A stretch of DNA of 50,468 bases. Origin: an uncultured Nitrospiraceae bacterium (GTDB lineage Bacteria > Hydrogenedentota > Hydrogenedentia > Hydrogenedentales > SLHB01). The position numbers were made by a program, and so were the translations under genes. How positions within the stretch are numbered: the first letter of the stretch is position 1; each line of letters opens with the position of its first letter. Where the stretch lies: NCBI GenBank assembly GCA_964493915.1, contig CAZBQH010000415.1, positions 1 to 50,468 on the forward strand, given 5' to 3'. Below are positions 35,044 through 45,031 of this stretch, in pieces. The notes below the pieces were generated by a model, which was given only the letters and a program-made list of their open reading frames with translations, searched no databases and had not been told where the DNA came from.

Positions 35044-36177
35044 ATGGCAATTGGCGCTAAACAGACTGCAGAATCCATGACCAAACGCGAAATGAACCTG
35101 CGCGTGTTTGATGGCCGGCCACTTCCCCACACCTTTTTCCAGCCGCGCATTGAACCTTGGATTGATCTCCATAAACGCGAGGGGACGCTCCCAGAAACGC
35201 TCGTAGGCCTCGACATGTACCAAGCCTACGATGCGCTGGATATCTCGATGCGCTACGTCAACTACTTCACGGGCGCGCCCAGTCCGATTGATGTGAGCTA
35301 TAGCAAGGAGGTGCGCGTCCATAGCAAGGAGGTGACAGGCGGCCTTCTCAATACCATCGAGACGCCCTATGGCGCCCTTGAGACGCGTTACGGCATGAGC
35401 CACGACGGTTACCGCATTGTTGACTTCCCCGTCAAGACTTCCGAAGATTTCCAAAAAGCAGCATGGTTTTTCCAGGGAATGTGCTACGTATTCAACCAGA
35501 AGGCCTTCGATGAAGGCGCCCGGATGATGGGCGACCTCGGCGAACCGCAGTTCTTTGTGCCGCGCAGTCCCTATCAGACGCTGAGTCTGGACTGGATGAG
35601 GTACGAGGATTTCGTGGTGGCGCTTATGGAAATGCCTGAGGAAGTCCAGGCGCTTATGGACGTCATTGACGCGTCCTACGACCGTCTTTACGAGCAGCTT
35701 GCGGATGCTGAGAACTTGCACATAATCAACTTTGGCGAAAACATAGATGCCCGGCTCATGTCGCCGGCTTTATTCGAGCGATACCATCTGCCCTTCTACG
35801 AGAAGCATGTTCCCCCGTTGCGCGAGGCGGGCATCTACACAACGGTTCACCTTGACGGCAGCCTTGGGCCCCTTTTGCCCTATCTTGGGAAACTTCCCAT
35901 GGACGCCCTCGAGGCGCTGACACCGACCCCCCAAGGCGATGTAACCATCGAGCAGCTCAAAGAAAGCTTGGACGACAAAATCCTGATGGACGGCATCCCA
36001 GCGGTATTGTTTCTGGCCGAGTTTTCAGATCAGCACCTGCAAGATTGCGTGGCCCAGTTGGTCGATCAATTTGCGCCTCGGCTCGTCTTGGGGATTTCCG
36101 ATGAACTCCCCATGGGAGCAGGGCCGGAAGGACTCGACAGGCTCCTCTGGGTCCGCGATTTCTGTAAAACGCATTAA
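35044..36177 (+). CDS. Uroporphyrinogen decarboxylase (URO-D/MtaA-CmuA) superfamily protein
   Basis: SD GGAGGA. INFGENID...MSPALFERYHLPFY, VHLDGSL, ALTPTPQGD, MDGIPA and LVLGISDELP. Confidence 0.75.
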   Translation: MAIGAKQTAESMTKREMNLRVFDGRPLPHTFFQPRIEPWIDLHKREGTLPETLVGLDMYQAYDALDISMRYVNYFTGAPSPIDVSYSKEVRVHSKEVTGGLLNTIETPYGALETRYGMSHDGYRIVDFPVKTSEDFQKAAWFFQGMCYVFNQKAFDEGARMMGDLGEPQFFVPRSPYQTLSLDWMRYEDFVVALMEMPEEVQALMDVIDASYDRLYEQLADAENLHIINFGENIDARLMSPALFERYHLPFYEKHVPPLREAGIYTTVHLDGSLGPLLPYLGKLPMDALEALTPTPQGDVTIEQLKESLDDKILMDGIPAVLFLAEFSDQHLQDCVAQLVDQFAPRLVLGISDELPMGAGPEGLDRLLWVRDFCKTH

Positions 36178-36189
36178 CGGGAGACGGCA

Positions 36190-36450
36190 ATGGGGAGGCG
36201 TTCCGAGGATGCTGAGACTCTTCATCGCAGCAAGGTGGATGAAGAACGAAAGGCCCGACCTGAACGCGAGGAGGAAACAGCGCTCGACGCTATTCAACGC
36301 TTGCGAATGGAGCGGCGTCTTGCACTGCTGTTTTTCGGGCTCTTCCTCGCGGCGGCGTGGGTGCTTTCGTTTCTCGCCGGCCCTCCCCTAGATACACCCA
36401 TTGGCGACAGCGTTTTTCCCGAAGCAGTTCATTCGGAGGCAGTTCCATGA
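36190..36450 (+). CDS. Small single-TM hypothetical protein
   Basis: SD GGGAG. Charged N-terminus then a hydrophobic helix. The stop overlaps the next ATG (ATGA). Confidence 0.55.
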   Translation: MGRRSEDAETLHRSKVDEERKARPEREEETALDAIQRLRMERRLALLFFGLFLAAAWVLSFLAGPPLDTPIGDSVFPEAVHSEAVP

Positions 36451-38312
36451 GACGAACGGCCGCCGCGGCGGGCCAGAGTCTCCTTTACGTGTTCGCCTTT
36501 GCCTGGCCCTGGGAGGTCTACGGCGACATCCCGCGACTGGGTTTCTCCCTTCCGGACGCGCTGGCGTTCATGATTCTGTGCCTCTGGGCAATGGACATGG
36601 CAGCTCAGCGGCAGCTTCGCGTCCCCTTCGAGCTTACCTGGCCTGTAGTCGCATTGGTTGCGCTGGTCTGGGCGGGATTCCTGCGCGGCGAGCTTGAGTC
36701 GCCGCTGCGTACTACGGGCGCACTACTCCTCTTTCCAGGCACAGTCCACCTCGTGACTTCCCACAGGATCATCCGCCGCTGCCTTTGGCTGAGCATGGTC
36801 GCGATCGTCTGCGTAGCCGTTCTTTCGTTGGCGTCCCAAACGGGATTTCTGTTTCCGACCGCTTTTGCCACGCACGCCCGAATCGAGTTCGCCTTCCCAA
36901 GGACCCTGGAAAGTGGAGGCCTGACGCTCATACTCGGGTTGTTGATAGCTTCGAGTTTCGTACGTTTCCCTCATACTACGAGTGCGTCGCGCTGGGTCCC
37001 CACGGCTTACGCGCTGATCATCACAGCGGCATTGGCCTTGCCGACAGTTGCATGCACGGGATTAATCAACCAGTGGCGCGCCGTCGACCTACGCAATATT
37101 TCATGGGTCTGGGGAGCCTTTGCCTTGTTGATCCTCTGGCTTGTCTCGAGGGTCGCCGCAAAAATCGAAATCGATCGCCGCGAGGCGCCCAGTTTCCGCC
37201 ACTCCCTTTTCCTGGCCATGTTGCTTGTCTGGGCCGTTTTCGCACTCCTTTTCCGGCCCGTGCCCCGGAACGGCGACTTCTTTCTCCTGGGACTTGCAGC
37301 AGCGTATGCCGTCGGTTCAAAAGACGGCGTCATTGTGCCCGTGCCGCGTCCTGCCTTGGTCGCGGTCGTTCTTCTCGCGGGGATCAACCTGTGGCACGTC
37401 TGGCCAAGCAACGTCAATGATCCCCGTAACTATGCCGCGGCCGCCCTGCGTGACTATCAAGCCGGCCGGATCGAAAAACTGTGGGACCGTATGGATCGGA
37501 TCCAACAACTCGCGCCGGCTGAACGCACGACCTACTACTGGAAAGCGAGGACCGCCTTGTCGGAGCGGCGAACTCACTTGGCGGCCGCGCTGTTCGCTGA
37601 AGCGATGAAGCGGCAGGCCCGCCGCACAGTGCTCCCAGGACCGAGGATTCCAGAAGTCGACGACTTTGTTGTCCAGATGCGTGATCTGACTTCCTCGTTG
37701 CCCCCCGAGGAACGCCGCTTGGCCTATGAAGAAGCGCTGATCGGTGCGCGAAGGCTAGACAGCGCCATGGCATCGCTGCGTCTGCGCATAAATGGAGAAA
37801 CAGGCGAGACTCCGCGCCTTACGCCTTGGAATCTCGCGCAGATCGTGGCCTTCCTATTCGGCGATCAAGGGCTTGCTCCGCGTTTCGCAGATTGGCGGAC
37901 GGAGGCCCTGCTCGACCTCCTGCATCTGTGGGGAGCAGAAACTGGATCGGCACCCGAGGGGTTCCCCGCGAACAAGCTTCCGCTGGTCTTAGCCGCCCGC
38001 AGCGGGCCGGGGCGCATCGACATTCTTTGTAAAACGGGCGCTGCCGATCTGCGGTCTTCCGCCACCCGCGAATTGCCTCCCCCGGTAGGGCGTTTGACCG
38101 CATGGACAGACGCAGGATGGGTCGTGCACGAAGACGGCCATGGCACCGGGTGGACCTTCACGCTCGGCCTTACGGGAATGCACGGTCCGGAGCAGGTTGC
38201 ACAGGTGCGTGCCTCGGCAGGGCGCCATTTCGCATCTCTCGAAACATACAACCTCGCCCGAGGGCCGGTTCCAGAAACGCCCGCCGTCTTCATCTGGTTT
38301 GAGGCGCCCTAA
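36447..38312 (+). CDS. Polytopic membrane protein with C-terminal soluble helical (TPR-like) domain
   Basis: SD GGAGG, ATG 36447. About ten hydrophobic segments in the N-terminal half, then a helical region. Confidence 0.65.
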   Translation: MRRTAAAAGQSLLYVFAFAWPWEVYGDIPRLGFSLPDALAFMILCLWAMDMAAQRQLRVPFELTWPVVALVALVWAGFLRGELESPLRTTGALLLFPGTVHLVTSHRIIRRCLWLSMVAIVCVAVLSLASQTGFLFPTAFATHARIEFAFPRTLESGGLTLILGLLIASSFVRFPHTTSASRWVPTAYALIITAALALPTVACTGLINQWRAVDLRNISWVWGAFALLILWLVSRVAAKIEIDRREAPSFRHSLFLAMLLVWAVFALLFRPVPRNGDFFLLGLAAAYAVGSKDGVIVPVPRPALVAVVLLAGINLWHVWPSNVNDPRNYAAAALRDYQAGRIEKLWDRMDRIQQLAPAERTTYYWKARTALSERRTHLAAALFAEAMKRQARRTVLPGPRIPEVDDFVVQMRDLTSSLPPEERRLAYEEALIGARRLDSAMASLRLRINGETGETPRLTPWNLAQIVAFLFGDQGLAPRFADWRTEALLDLLHLWGAETGSAPEGFPANKLPLVLAARSGPGRIDILCKTGAADLRSSATRELPPPVGRLTAWTDAGWVVHEDGHGTGWTFTLGLTGMHGPEQVAQVRASAGRHFASLETYNLARGPVPETPAVFIWFEAP

Positions 38313-38347
38313 ACGCAGCGCAGACGAAACGTCCATGCTCCCGGCGG

Positions 38348-40930
38348 CTATACGGCCGTCTCGACAGGCGCCTCGGCCAGACGGGTCTCTCGTTTCAGGA
38401 TGCGCGCCCCGACGGGATCCAGCCCGAGCATCGCCACAACCTCGGAGGGCCTTATCGAGCGCGTGTTCACTACCATCGTCTCGAGGTCCACGACCAGTTG
38501 CCCGTCTTTCACCTCGCGCAGACTCAACGAACGGACCATGGGCCGCACATTCACCTCGACCTTCGCACGACGTTTCCGTTTGCCGCGGCCCTTCGGCTTG
38601 CCGAGCCGCTCGACAACAAAGCGGTTACGCCCCATAAACTCGCGGATGTGCGCCTTCACTTGTTCGCCGTCGCCGGCCGCGCAGATCGTATAGGAGAACC
38701 CCGTCGTGCTGCTCATTAGGGACGGCGCGTTTAGTGCCACCTGGTCGGCGCTGAAGACGTGAATTCCATCGGGCAGCGTTGCACGGAGGCGCTCGAGCAA
38801 CCCGGCCGGGTCAACGCGTTCGTAAAGCACAATGTCCATGTAATCTGCGACGGACTCCTCTCCGACAGGAGGTGCACTCGAAAAGTTCACCTTAGGGTGT
38901 GCATGAAATCCTTGCGAGTAGGAAAGGGGCGCGCGGATGCGTCTCAGTGCGCGCACCCACACGTTAACCAGTTCGAGATGCGACAGAAACCGGACCTCGC
39001 CTCTCCGTCCGATGCGGAACCGGATCCGCTGGACCGGCGGTGGTTCCTGGAACGGGGGACTCGACGGCGGTTTCCAGTCCGCCTCCGCTTTCCGCCCTGC
39101 CAGGGAACGCTTGATCATGTCGCGGCACAGGTCCGGCTCGCGGTCGATCACGCCGCAAAGACGGCACTGACCTTGGCGGCAGTCGGGTGCGTGCTTGAGC
39201 TCCATCGCGGCGGCCCAGTCCTGCTGCAGCCATTGTTTCGGGACAAGGATATCGATGTGGTCCCACGGCAGACGTTCGTCAAGATCCCGTGCACGCAGAG
39301 CTTCTTGAACGTTGAAACCGACCTCGTCAATGGCCCCGCGCCACGCTCCGAGGTCGAGGTGCTCATCCCAACTGTCCAGGCGTGCACCCCTGCGCCAAGC
39401 TGCCTCAATCAACTCGGCAGCACGCCGATCAGCCCGTGCAATGAGCCCCTCGACGAATGAGCTAGCCGGGTTGTGACGCCCGAACTTAATGCCGGAGATT
39501 CCTCGGAACCCGCGTTCGAGAATGGCTTGGCGGCGCTCTGTTTCCTCGATCGAGATCTGCTCCGCCCATTGGAAAGGCGTGAAGGGTCTGGGCACGAATG
39601 TGGAGACCCCCGTGTGGACGCGCGCCCTCCGGTTCACGATCCGGCCCGCCTCGACCGTCTCCTTGCACAACTCGACGATCGCCTCGACGTCTTCGTCGCG
39701 CTCCGTCGGCAGACCAATCATGAAGTAGAACTTCACATGCCCCCAACCACGGCGAAACGCCTCGATAGACATGTCGAGCAACGGCTCATCGGGAATCCAT
39801 TTATTGATGACGGCCCGCAACCGAGGCGTTCCCGACTCGGGTGCAAACGTCAGACCGCTACGGCGCACGCCCGCCACCATGTCGGCCAGCTCGACAGAAA
39901 ACGAATCGAGCCGCAACGAGGACAGGGAAACGCTCACACGGTCGCCTTGCGCGCGCTGTGCGGCTTGTTGCACGAGCGTGCGGGGACGCGAGTAATCACA
40001 GGTGGAAAGGGAAACGAGGCTTACCTCCTCATAGCCGGTCGAGGCAAGGGTCCGCTCCATCAGCTCGTCTATCTTTTCAAGACGGCGTTCGCGCACGGGC
40101 CGTGTAACCATTCCGGCCTGACAGAAGCGGCAGCCCTGCGTGCAGCCGCGCAACACCTCGAGACTCACCCGGTCGTGCACTTGGTGCGTATAGGGAACGA
40201 TATAATCTGTCGGAAACGCAGCCTCATCAAAGTTCCGCACGAGCCGCTTCACGATCTTGGGCGCGTCCGCCACGGGTACGATACGGCCGTCATCAAGCTC
40301 TTCAAAAGGGTAAAGCCGAGGCACATACACGCCGTCAAGAACCGCAAGGGCCTCGAGTTTTCTGCGACGGGGTTGGCCCTTCACGGCCCTCATGACCTCC
40401 GCAATCTCGAGAATCACCTCTTCGCCCTCGCCAATCACGAAGAAATCGAAGAACGGCGCCATCGGTTCCGGGTTGAAGACCGCCGGCCCCCCTGCAAACA
40501 CAAGCGGATGCGCGTCGGCGCGGTTCTCAGCCCGCAGGGGCAAACCTGCCAGGTCAAGGGCATTCAGAATGCTTGTGTAGGTCAACTCCGACTGCAGCGT
40601 GAAGCCGATGCCGTCCATGACGCCGAGGGGATCTTTGGACTCCAGGGCGAACAACGGGAGACCCCGCCGGCGCAGCTCCGCTTCCATGTCTGGCGCGGGG
40701 GCATAGACCCGCTCCGCCCAGCACCACTCCAACCGGTTCAGAATCGCGTAAAGAATAAGGATGCCCAGGTTGCCCAAGCCCAGATCGTAAAGGTCGGGGA
40801 ACACTAAGGCGATGCGCAGTTCAACGCTTGCCGGGTTCTTCTGCACCCGGTTCAACTCTGTGCCCAGGTAACGGGACGGTTTCTGAACCCTTGGAAGGAC
40901 CTCCTCATACAGGATGTCGCGTAGGTTCAT
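38348..40930 (-). CDS. TIGR03960-family radical SAM protein fused to a TIGR03936 (DUF2344) domain
   Basis: VQKPSRYLGTELN, FPDLYDLG, RGCTQGCRFCQAG (CxxxCxxC), TFAPESGT and YFMIGLPTE. C-terminal RFLSHLE...YSQGFHAHPK. Confidence 0.9.
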   Translation of the reverse strand: MNLRDILYEEVLPRVQKPSRYLGTELNRVQKNPASVELRIALVFPDLYDLGLGNLGILILYAILNRLEWCWAERVYAPAPDMEAELRRRGLPLFALESKDPLGVMDGIGFTLQSELTYTSILNALDLAGLPLRAENRADAHPLVFAGGPAVFNPEPMAPFFDFFVIGEGEEVILEIAEVMRAVKGQPRRRKLEALAVLDGVYVPRLYPFEELDDGRIVPVADAPKIVKRLVRNFDEAAFPTDYIVPYTHQVHDRVSLEVLRGCTQGCRFCQAGMVTRPVRERRLEKIDELMERTLASTGYEEVSLVSLSTCDYSRPRTLVQQAAQRAQGDRVSVSLSSLRLDSFSVELADMVAGVRRSGLTFAPESGTPRLRAVINKWIPDEPLLDMSIEAFRRGWGHVKFYFMIGLPTERDEDVEAIVELCKETVEAGRIVNRRARVHTGVSTFVPRPFTPFQWAEQISIEETERRQAILERGFRGISGIKFGRHNPASSFVEGLIARADRRAAELIEAAWRRGARLDSWDEHLDLGAWRGAIDEVGFNVQEALRARDLDERLPWDHIDILVPKQWLQQDWAAAMELKHAPDCRQGQCRLCGVIDREPDLCRDMIKRSLAGRKAEADWKPPSSPPFQEPPPVQRIRFRIGRRGEVRFLSHLELVNVWVRALRRIRAPLSYSQGFHAHPKVNFSSAPPVGEESVADYMDIVLYERVDPAGLLERLRATLPDGIHVFSADQVALNAPSLMSSTTGFSYTICAAGDGEQVKAHIREFMGRNRFVVERLGKPKGRGKRKRRAKVEVNVRPMVRSLSLREVKDGQLVVDLETMVVNTRSIRPSEVVAMLGLDPVGARILKRETRLAEAPVETAV

Positions 40931-41136
40931 GGCTGTTCCTCGCAGATAAGCTATTGGGATGCAAAGACATAACGGCGCATCCTTGTCGCGTGCTGTATGC
41001 GCCGTCTCGCGAACGCCCCGTCACGTTCAGGCAGTTCATCGAAGAAATCGCTGAAAGACGCAGGCGTATTCCGAAGAACAGATCCTATCAACCTTTGGGC
41101 ATTTGCCGCAAGGACGGTTTTTACGCGAGAAACTCC

Positions 41137-41175
41137 TTGACAAAGAGACTTAGACGGCGTATTGTATCTACAATT
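41137..41175 (+). promoter_or_regulatory. sigma70 promoter with overlapping AraR/GntR-type operator
   Basis: TTGACA (41137), 17 nt, TATTGT (41160). Palindrome ATTGTA-TC-TACAAT (41161-41174) overlaps the -10 and start site. Confidence 0.75.
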
Positions 41176-41209
41176 AGTGACATATCCGTTCATTCAGAGA
41201 GGAAACTTC

Positions 41210-42343
41210 GTGTTAGAACCGTTCGCGCCCATTTATGTCAGCATCAAAAACCGGATCCGCGAAGAAATCGCTCAAGGCGTCTTAAAACCCGGCGACCGGG
41301 TCCCGTCAGAACTCCAGCTTGCAACGGAATTGGGGGTCAGCCGGACCCAGACCCGCCAAGCCCTTCGCGATCTCGAGATGGAGGGGTATTTGCTGCGCGC
41401 ACCCGGCCGGGGAAGCTTCGTGGCGCCCTCCGATCAGTGGCCGGGGGCTCGGCCGCGGACTGACCTCTTGCAGGTCACCGTTGCTATGCCCTCGAATGTC
41501 GACATCTATCACCAACGACTGATCCGAGGTTTCAACAGCACTTTAGCCCGCCAAGGTTTCAGTGCTCTGTATTTCTATTTTGAAGGAGAACATAAAGACA
41601 TTCGCCGTTATCTGCGCGATCTGCCCAACACAGGGGTGAGGGGACTTGCCCTTTGGCCCCATGACTACTCAGACGAAGGTCTCGACGTGGTCCGTGAGCT
41701 CTTGGGTAAGAGCTTCCCCTTGGTTCTCTTCGACAACCATCTGCCAAGCCTCGATACGGATCTTGTGGCCACAGAAAACGTCGGAATGTACGTTAGGCTG
41801 ACTGAAGAGGTTATCAGCCGGGGCCACAAACGCATCGGATTCGTACTCTCCGACTACCCGGGACCATCTGTCCGTGAGCGTCTCGAGGGCTACCGCAGAG
41901 CACTCGACGGGGCTGGCTTGCCCTTCTCGAAGGAGTATGTTGTCACCGTCGACGATCGGGGGGAACGGACGCATGAGGCTGCACAGATGCTTGCGCGCCT
42001 CGACCCACAGCCGACAGCTTACGTTTCTGCCCACAAAGCCTGCGGCTTCATGCTAATCAATGAACTCGAGCATATGGGCATTACGACGCGCGACGACGTT
42101 GTATGCGCATCCGTTGACGATCACCCGGACCCCCTGTATCCCAATCCGCCGCACTGGATCTTCGCGGAACAGGACGGCTACGGCATAGGCAGTGAGAGTG
42201 CGCGCCTTTTGCTGGCACGCATTGCAGAACCGGCCAAGCCAATCGAAGTGCGCCGGCTGCCGTCGCGGTGCCAATGGGAGCGATATGTATCTGCGCAGGG
42301 CAACAGAAAGGAGGCAGAAACGCCCTTGGGAAACGAACCTTAA
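41210..42343 (+). CDS. GntR-HTH / LacI-type sugar-binding domain transcriptional regulator (AraR-like)
   Basis: LKPGDRVPSELQLATELGVSRTQTRQALRDL...GRGSFV, then FPLVLFDN, GHKRIGFV and RERLEGYRRAL. GTG 41210 follows AGAGGA. Confidence 0.9.
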   Translation: MLEPFAPIYVSIKNRIREEIAQGVLKPGDRVPSELQLATELGVSRTQTRQALRDLEMEGYLLRAPGRGSFVAPSDQWPGARPRTDLLQVTVAMPSNVDIYHQRLIRGFNSTLARQGFSALYFYFEGEHKDIRRYLRDLPNTGVRGLALWPHDYSDEGLDVVRELLGKSFPLVLFDNHLPSLDTDLVATENVGMYVRLTEEVISRGHKRIGFVLSDYPGPSVRERLEGYRRALDGAGLPFSKEYVVTVDDRGERTHEAAQMLARLDPQPTAYVSAHKACGFMLINELEHMGITTRDDVVCASVDDHPDPLYPNPPHWIFAEQDGYGIGSESARLLLARIAEPAKPIEVRRLPSRCQWERYVSAQGNRKEAETPLGNEP

Positions 42344-42421
42344 GGGCAACAAACAAAGAGACGAAACCAAAAGCATTTAGGTAGAACGCCGCGCATCATG
42401 TAGAAAAAGGAGAGTGTAGCG

Positions 42422-43489
42422 ATGAATAAGCGAGGTTTCACACTGATCGAGCTGCTGGTGGTTATTGCTATTATCGGGATCCTGGCGTCTATTCTTTTGC
42501 CTGCCCTTTCCCGGGCAAGGGAAGCTGCGCGCCGGGCCTCGTGCGCAAACAACCTCAAGCAGTGGGGGCTCATTTTCAAGATGTACTCCTCTGAAGACCG
42601 GGGAGGCATGTTTCCCCCAGGGACCTACTATGTACCGTATACGGGCAAAGGCGAAAGCTCTTACGATTCTCGAGTACTTTATCCCGACTACTGGACGGAT
42701 CCAGCCATCGCGCGGTGCCCGTCCGATTCCGGCGGCGACACGTTGGCGGGTCCTCAGGGCTACGGGATCGAATATGATTTCCCCGCGCAAATCGAGCGCA
42801 TTGCCCAATCAACGGCGGGCACGCCACAACAACGAAGCGCCTGTCTACACTACAAACTCTCGATGCCGATCTCCTATATCTACCTGCCCTATGCGGTTGA
42901 GACGGCGAGCCGAGGGGTCATTATGGGGGTGTCGCTGTTCAACTGGCGACACTGGGGCGACACGCTAATAGAGGACTTTGGCGCCGGCGGCCTTCTGGCC
43001 GTGGACGAATCGTGCTTCAACTGGATTTTTGTCAGGAAGCACGGCGGCTTCATGCCGGGTCACGACGACATCCCATCTTCCCTTGTGGTATGGGCCGGTG
43101 TGCCGGACGACGACCTGACTCCCATCACAGAAGGCTATAAACGCCTCCGGGAAGGTATCGAGCGCTTCTTCATCACCGACATCGACAATCCCGCCGCGGG
43201 CGCACAAGCCCAAAGCTCGTTGGTGGTGATGTATGACTCGTTTGGACAGGGGGCAACGTGGAGAACACAAGCCGGCGTCAGCGACAGTGGTATCGTACGT
43301 TTCAACCACGTCCCAGGGGGCTCGAATGTTCTGTACATGGACGGCCATGTCGCCTTCGTCAAGAAAGAAGAGGCGTTCCCTCTGCTGATTGAGACACTGC
43401 ATCCCGCCTCAATGGGGGGTGCCCTGTATGGAAGTCTTGGAGTGCCTTGGTGGGTCCACGAGCAGGGTGAGATGGGCGGCTGGGGTTGA
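42422..43489 (+). CDS. Prepilin-type N-terminal cleavage/methylation, DUF1559 / H-X9-DG protein
   Basis: [45 protein letters not shown] and [24 protein letters not shown]. Confidence 0.92.
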   Translation: MNKRGFTLIELLVVIAIIGILASILLPALSRAREAARRASCANNLKQWGLIFKMYSSEDRGGMFPPGTYYVPYTGKGESSYDSRVLYPDYWTDPAIARCPSDSGGDTLAGPQGYGIEYDFPAQIERIAQSTAGTPQQRSACLHYKLSMPISYIYLPYAVETASRGVIMGVSLFNWRHWGDTLIEDFGAGGLLAVDESCFNWIFVRKHGGFMPGHDDIPSSLVVWAGVPDDDLTPITEGYKRLREGIERFFITDIDNPAAGAQAQSSLVVMYDSFGQGATWRTQAGVSDSGIVRFNHVPGGSNVLYMDGHVAFVKKEEAFPLLIETLHPASMGGALYGSLGVPWWVHEQGEMGGWG

Positions 43490-43509
43490 AGCCGCATAGA
43501 ATCTCAAGT

Positions 43510-43542
43510 TCCGGGCGGGGCACGATAGTAGTCCCGCCCGGA
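43510..43542 (+). other. Intergenic GC-rich hairpin (partial terminator or RNA stability element)
   Basis: 12-bp stem TCCGGGCGGGGC / GTCCCGCCCGGA with no clear U-tract. Confidence 0.5.
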
Positions 43543-43546
43543 CCTG

Positions 43547-44632
43547 TTGAGAAGGAGCACACCTATGCTGTTCGCGTTCGCCTTGGCCTGCATCTCGGGC
43601 TGTTTGCAGGCCCCGCTTGACGCTGAGGGTCCCGCCGCCGGTCCCCTCTATGCAGTCGTGACGACGGCAGCGGAACTGCGCGACGCCGCTGCGAAAGCGG
43701 GCACCGCGGGCGCTACCATCGTGCTACGCCCCGGCGAATACATCCTGGACGAGGCGCTCACGTTCACCAAATTGAACCACGTTAACATTGCAGGAAGCGG
43801 CTGGAACACAACGCTCAGTACCAAGGATGCGGCCGCGATCATTTTCGAAGACTGCGGATTCTGCGAGGTTCGGGACCTGCTGATCGACGGTCCGGACGCG
43901 AGCAGCCACGGGAGCGGCATTGTCTTTCGGGGCTACAGCAGCTCGAATCGCGTGGTCCACTGCCGGATCCAGCGCTTTCCCGTCAGCGGCATCCGCTTCG
44001 AGGGGCAAGCAGAGTTCCCAATGTCCTCCAACAGCGTCGAGACGTGCCATTTCATCTCGAATCGGGGCGCCCAGCTTTACAGCTTGCACAACAACGACTT
44101 CTACATCGTTGGCAACCAATTCGGCACGCACGGGAGCATCCCGGAGGCAGGAGCCGTGCTTGACCACTCTTCGGCAGGAAGCTATACGCTCAACTACCAC
44201 TGGGACAATCAGGTCGGGATGCACCTCGGGCCTGGGGCGCATTTCAACCGCATCGAGAACAATCGTTTTGAAGAAAGCCGCTCGAGTGGACTGGTCATCG
44301 GCGCGCCCGAAGGCGACCCGTGCCGCCTGAACATCATCACGGGCAATACCTTCCACACCAACTCGAAAACGAATAGCGGGAAGCATCCTGCTGTGGCCGC
44401 CTACAACGCGGCGGACACAACCTTCACGAACAACCAGGTTTTCAGTTGGAACGCAGACTTGACGAAACACACGAATGGTCTCGTGCTCGACGCACGATGC
44501 CGGTCTTGGATTATCACGAGCAACATCTTCCGGCACCATACGCGCAAGGCCATGGACATCCCCGACCTGAGCGTGCACGTTGTCGCCCACAATCTGGCCG
44601 ACGCGGATCAGGAGCAGACCGTCCCTGAATAA
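43547..44632 (+). CDS. Right-handed parallel beta-helix (pectin lyase-like) lipoprotein
   Basis: Lipobox ISGC, IVLRPGEY, and repeated I-x-x-N-x-F/I strands with Asn ladders. Start may be ATG 43565 after AAGGAG. Confidence 0.75.
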   Translation: MRRSTPMLFAFALACISGCLQAPLDAEGPAAGPLYAVVTTAAELRDAAAKAGTAGATIVLRPGEYILDEALTFTKLNHVNIAGSGWNTTLSTKDAAAIIFEDCGFCEVRDLLIDGPDASSHGSGIVFRGYSSSNRVVHCRIQRFPVSGIRFEGQAEFPMSSNSVETCHFISNRGAQLYSLHNNDFYIVGNQFGTHGSIPEAGAVLDHSSAGSYTLNYHWDNQVGMHLGPGAHFNRIENNRFEESRSSGLVIGAPEGDPCRLNIITGNTFHTNSKTNSGKHPAVAAYNAADTTFTNNQVFSWNADLTKHTNGLVLDARCRSWIITSNIFRHHTRKAMDIPDLSVHVVAHNLADADQEQTVPE

Positions 44633-44786
44633 AACGGCTCAGGGACGGTCAAGGTCAGCGCCCGCCGTATCGAATGCGAAAGACTGGCGCCCAAATCAGG
44701 AGGGGCCGCGTCCGTGGTCAACCCAAGACCAGCAAGAGGAAGCGCTCGTGCAATGCTGAGACCACGGGCGCGGCCGTGTGGCGTGC

Positions 44787-44981
44787 CTAACTGTTAGAAG
44801 ACGTGCCCAGCCGAAACGGCTTGGGCCCGAAGGAAACCTTTTGTTGAATGTCCATCCCCAGGCCAAAGAGCGGATTGCTTTCCTCACGGGTCGCAGGGCG
44901 CGCAGCGACCGGGTCTTGCCCTGGAGGCAGAACGGCCGCGTTTGCATTTGCCGTGTTGTCTGCTGATCCGCTGAACGTCAT
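44787..44981 (-). CDS. Putative 64-aa small protein (MTFSGSADNTANANAAVLPPGQDP...FRLGTSSNS)
   Basis: GAGGGA before ATG 44981 and a sigma54-like motif about 50 nt upstream. No homology recognised. Confidence 0.35.
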   Translation of the reverse strand: MTFSGSADNTANANAAVLPPGQDPVAARPATREESNPLFGLGMDIQQKVSFGPKPFRLGTSSNS

Positions 44982-45031
44982 ACCATCCCTCGATGTCAAA
45001 GGTTCGCTTTGGTTGTCTTGTCAAAGGGGGC

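Noticed and set aside
44795-44845. Possible SRP RNA (GGGCCCGAAGGAAAC)
   Set aside because: It lacks the conserved CAGG...GGAA...AGCAG internal-loop arrangement of helix 8.
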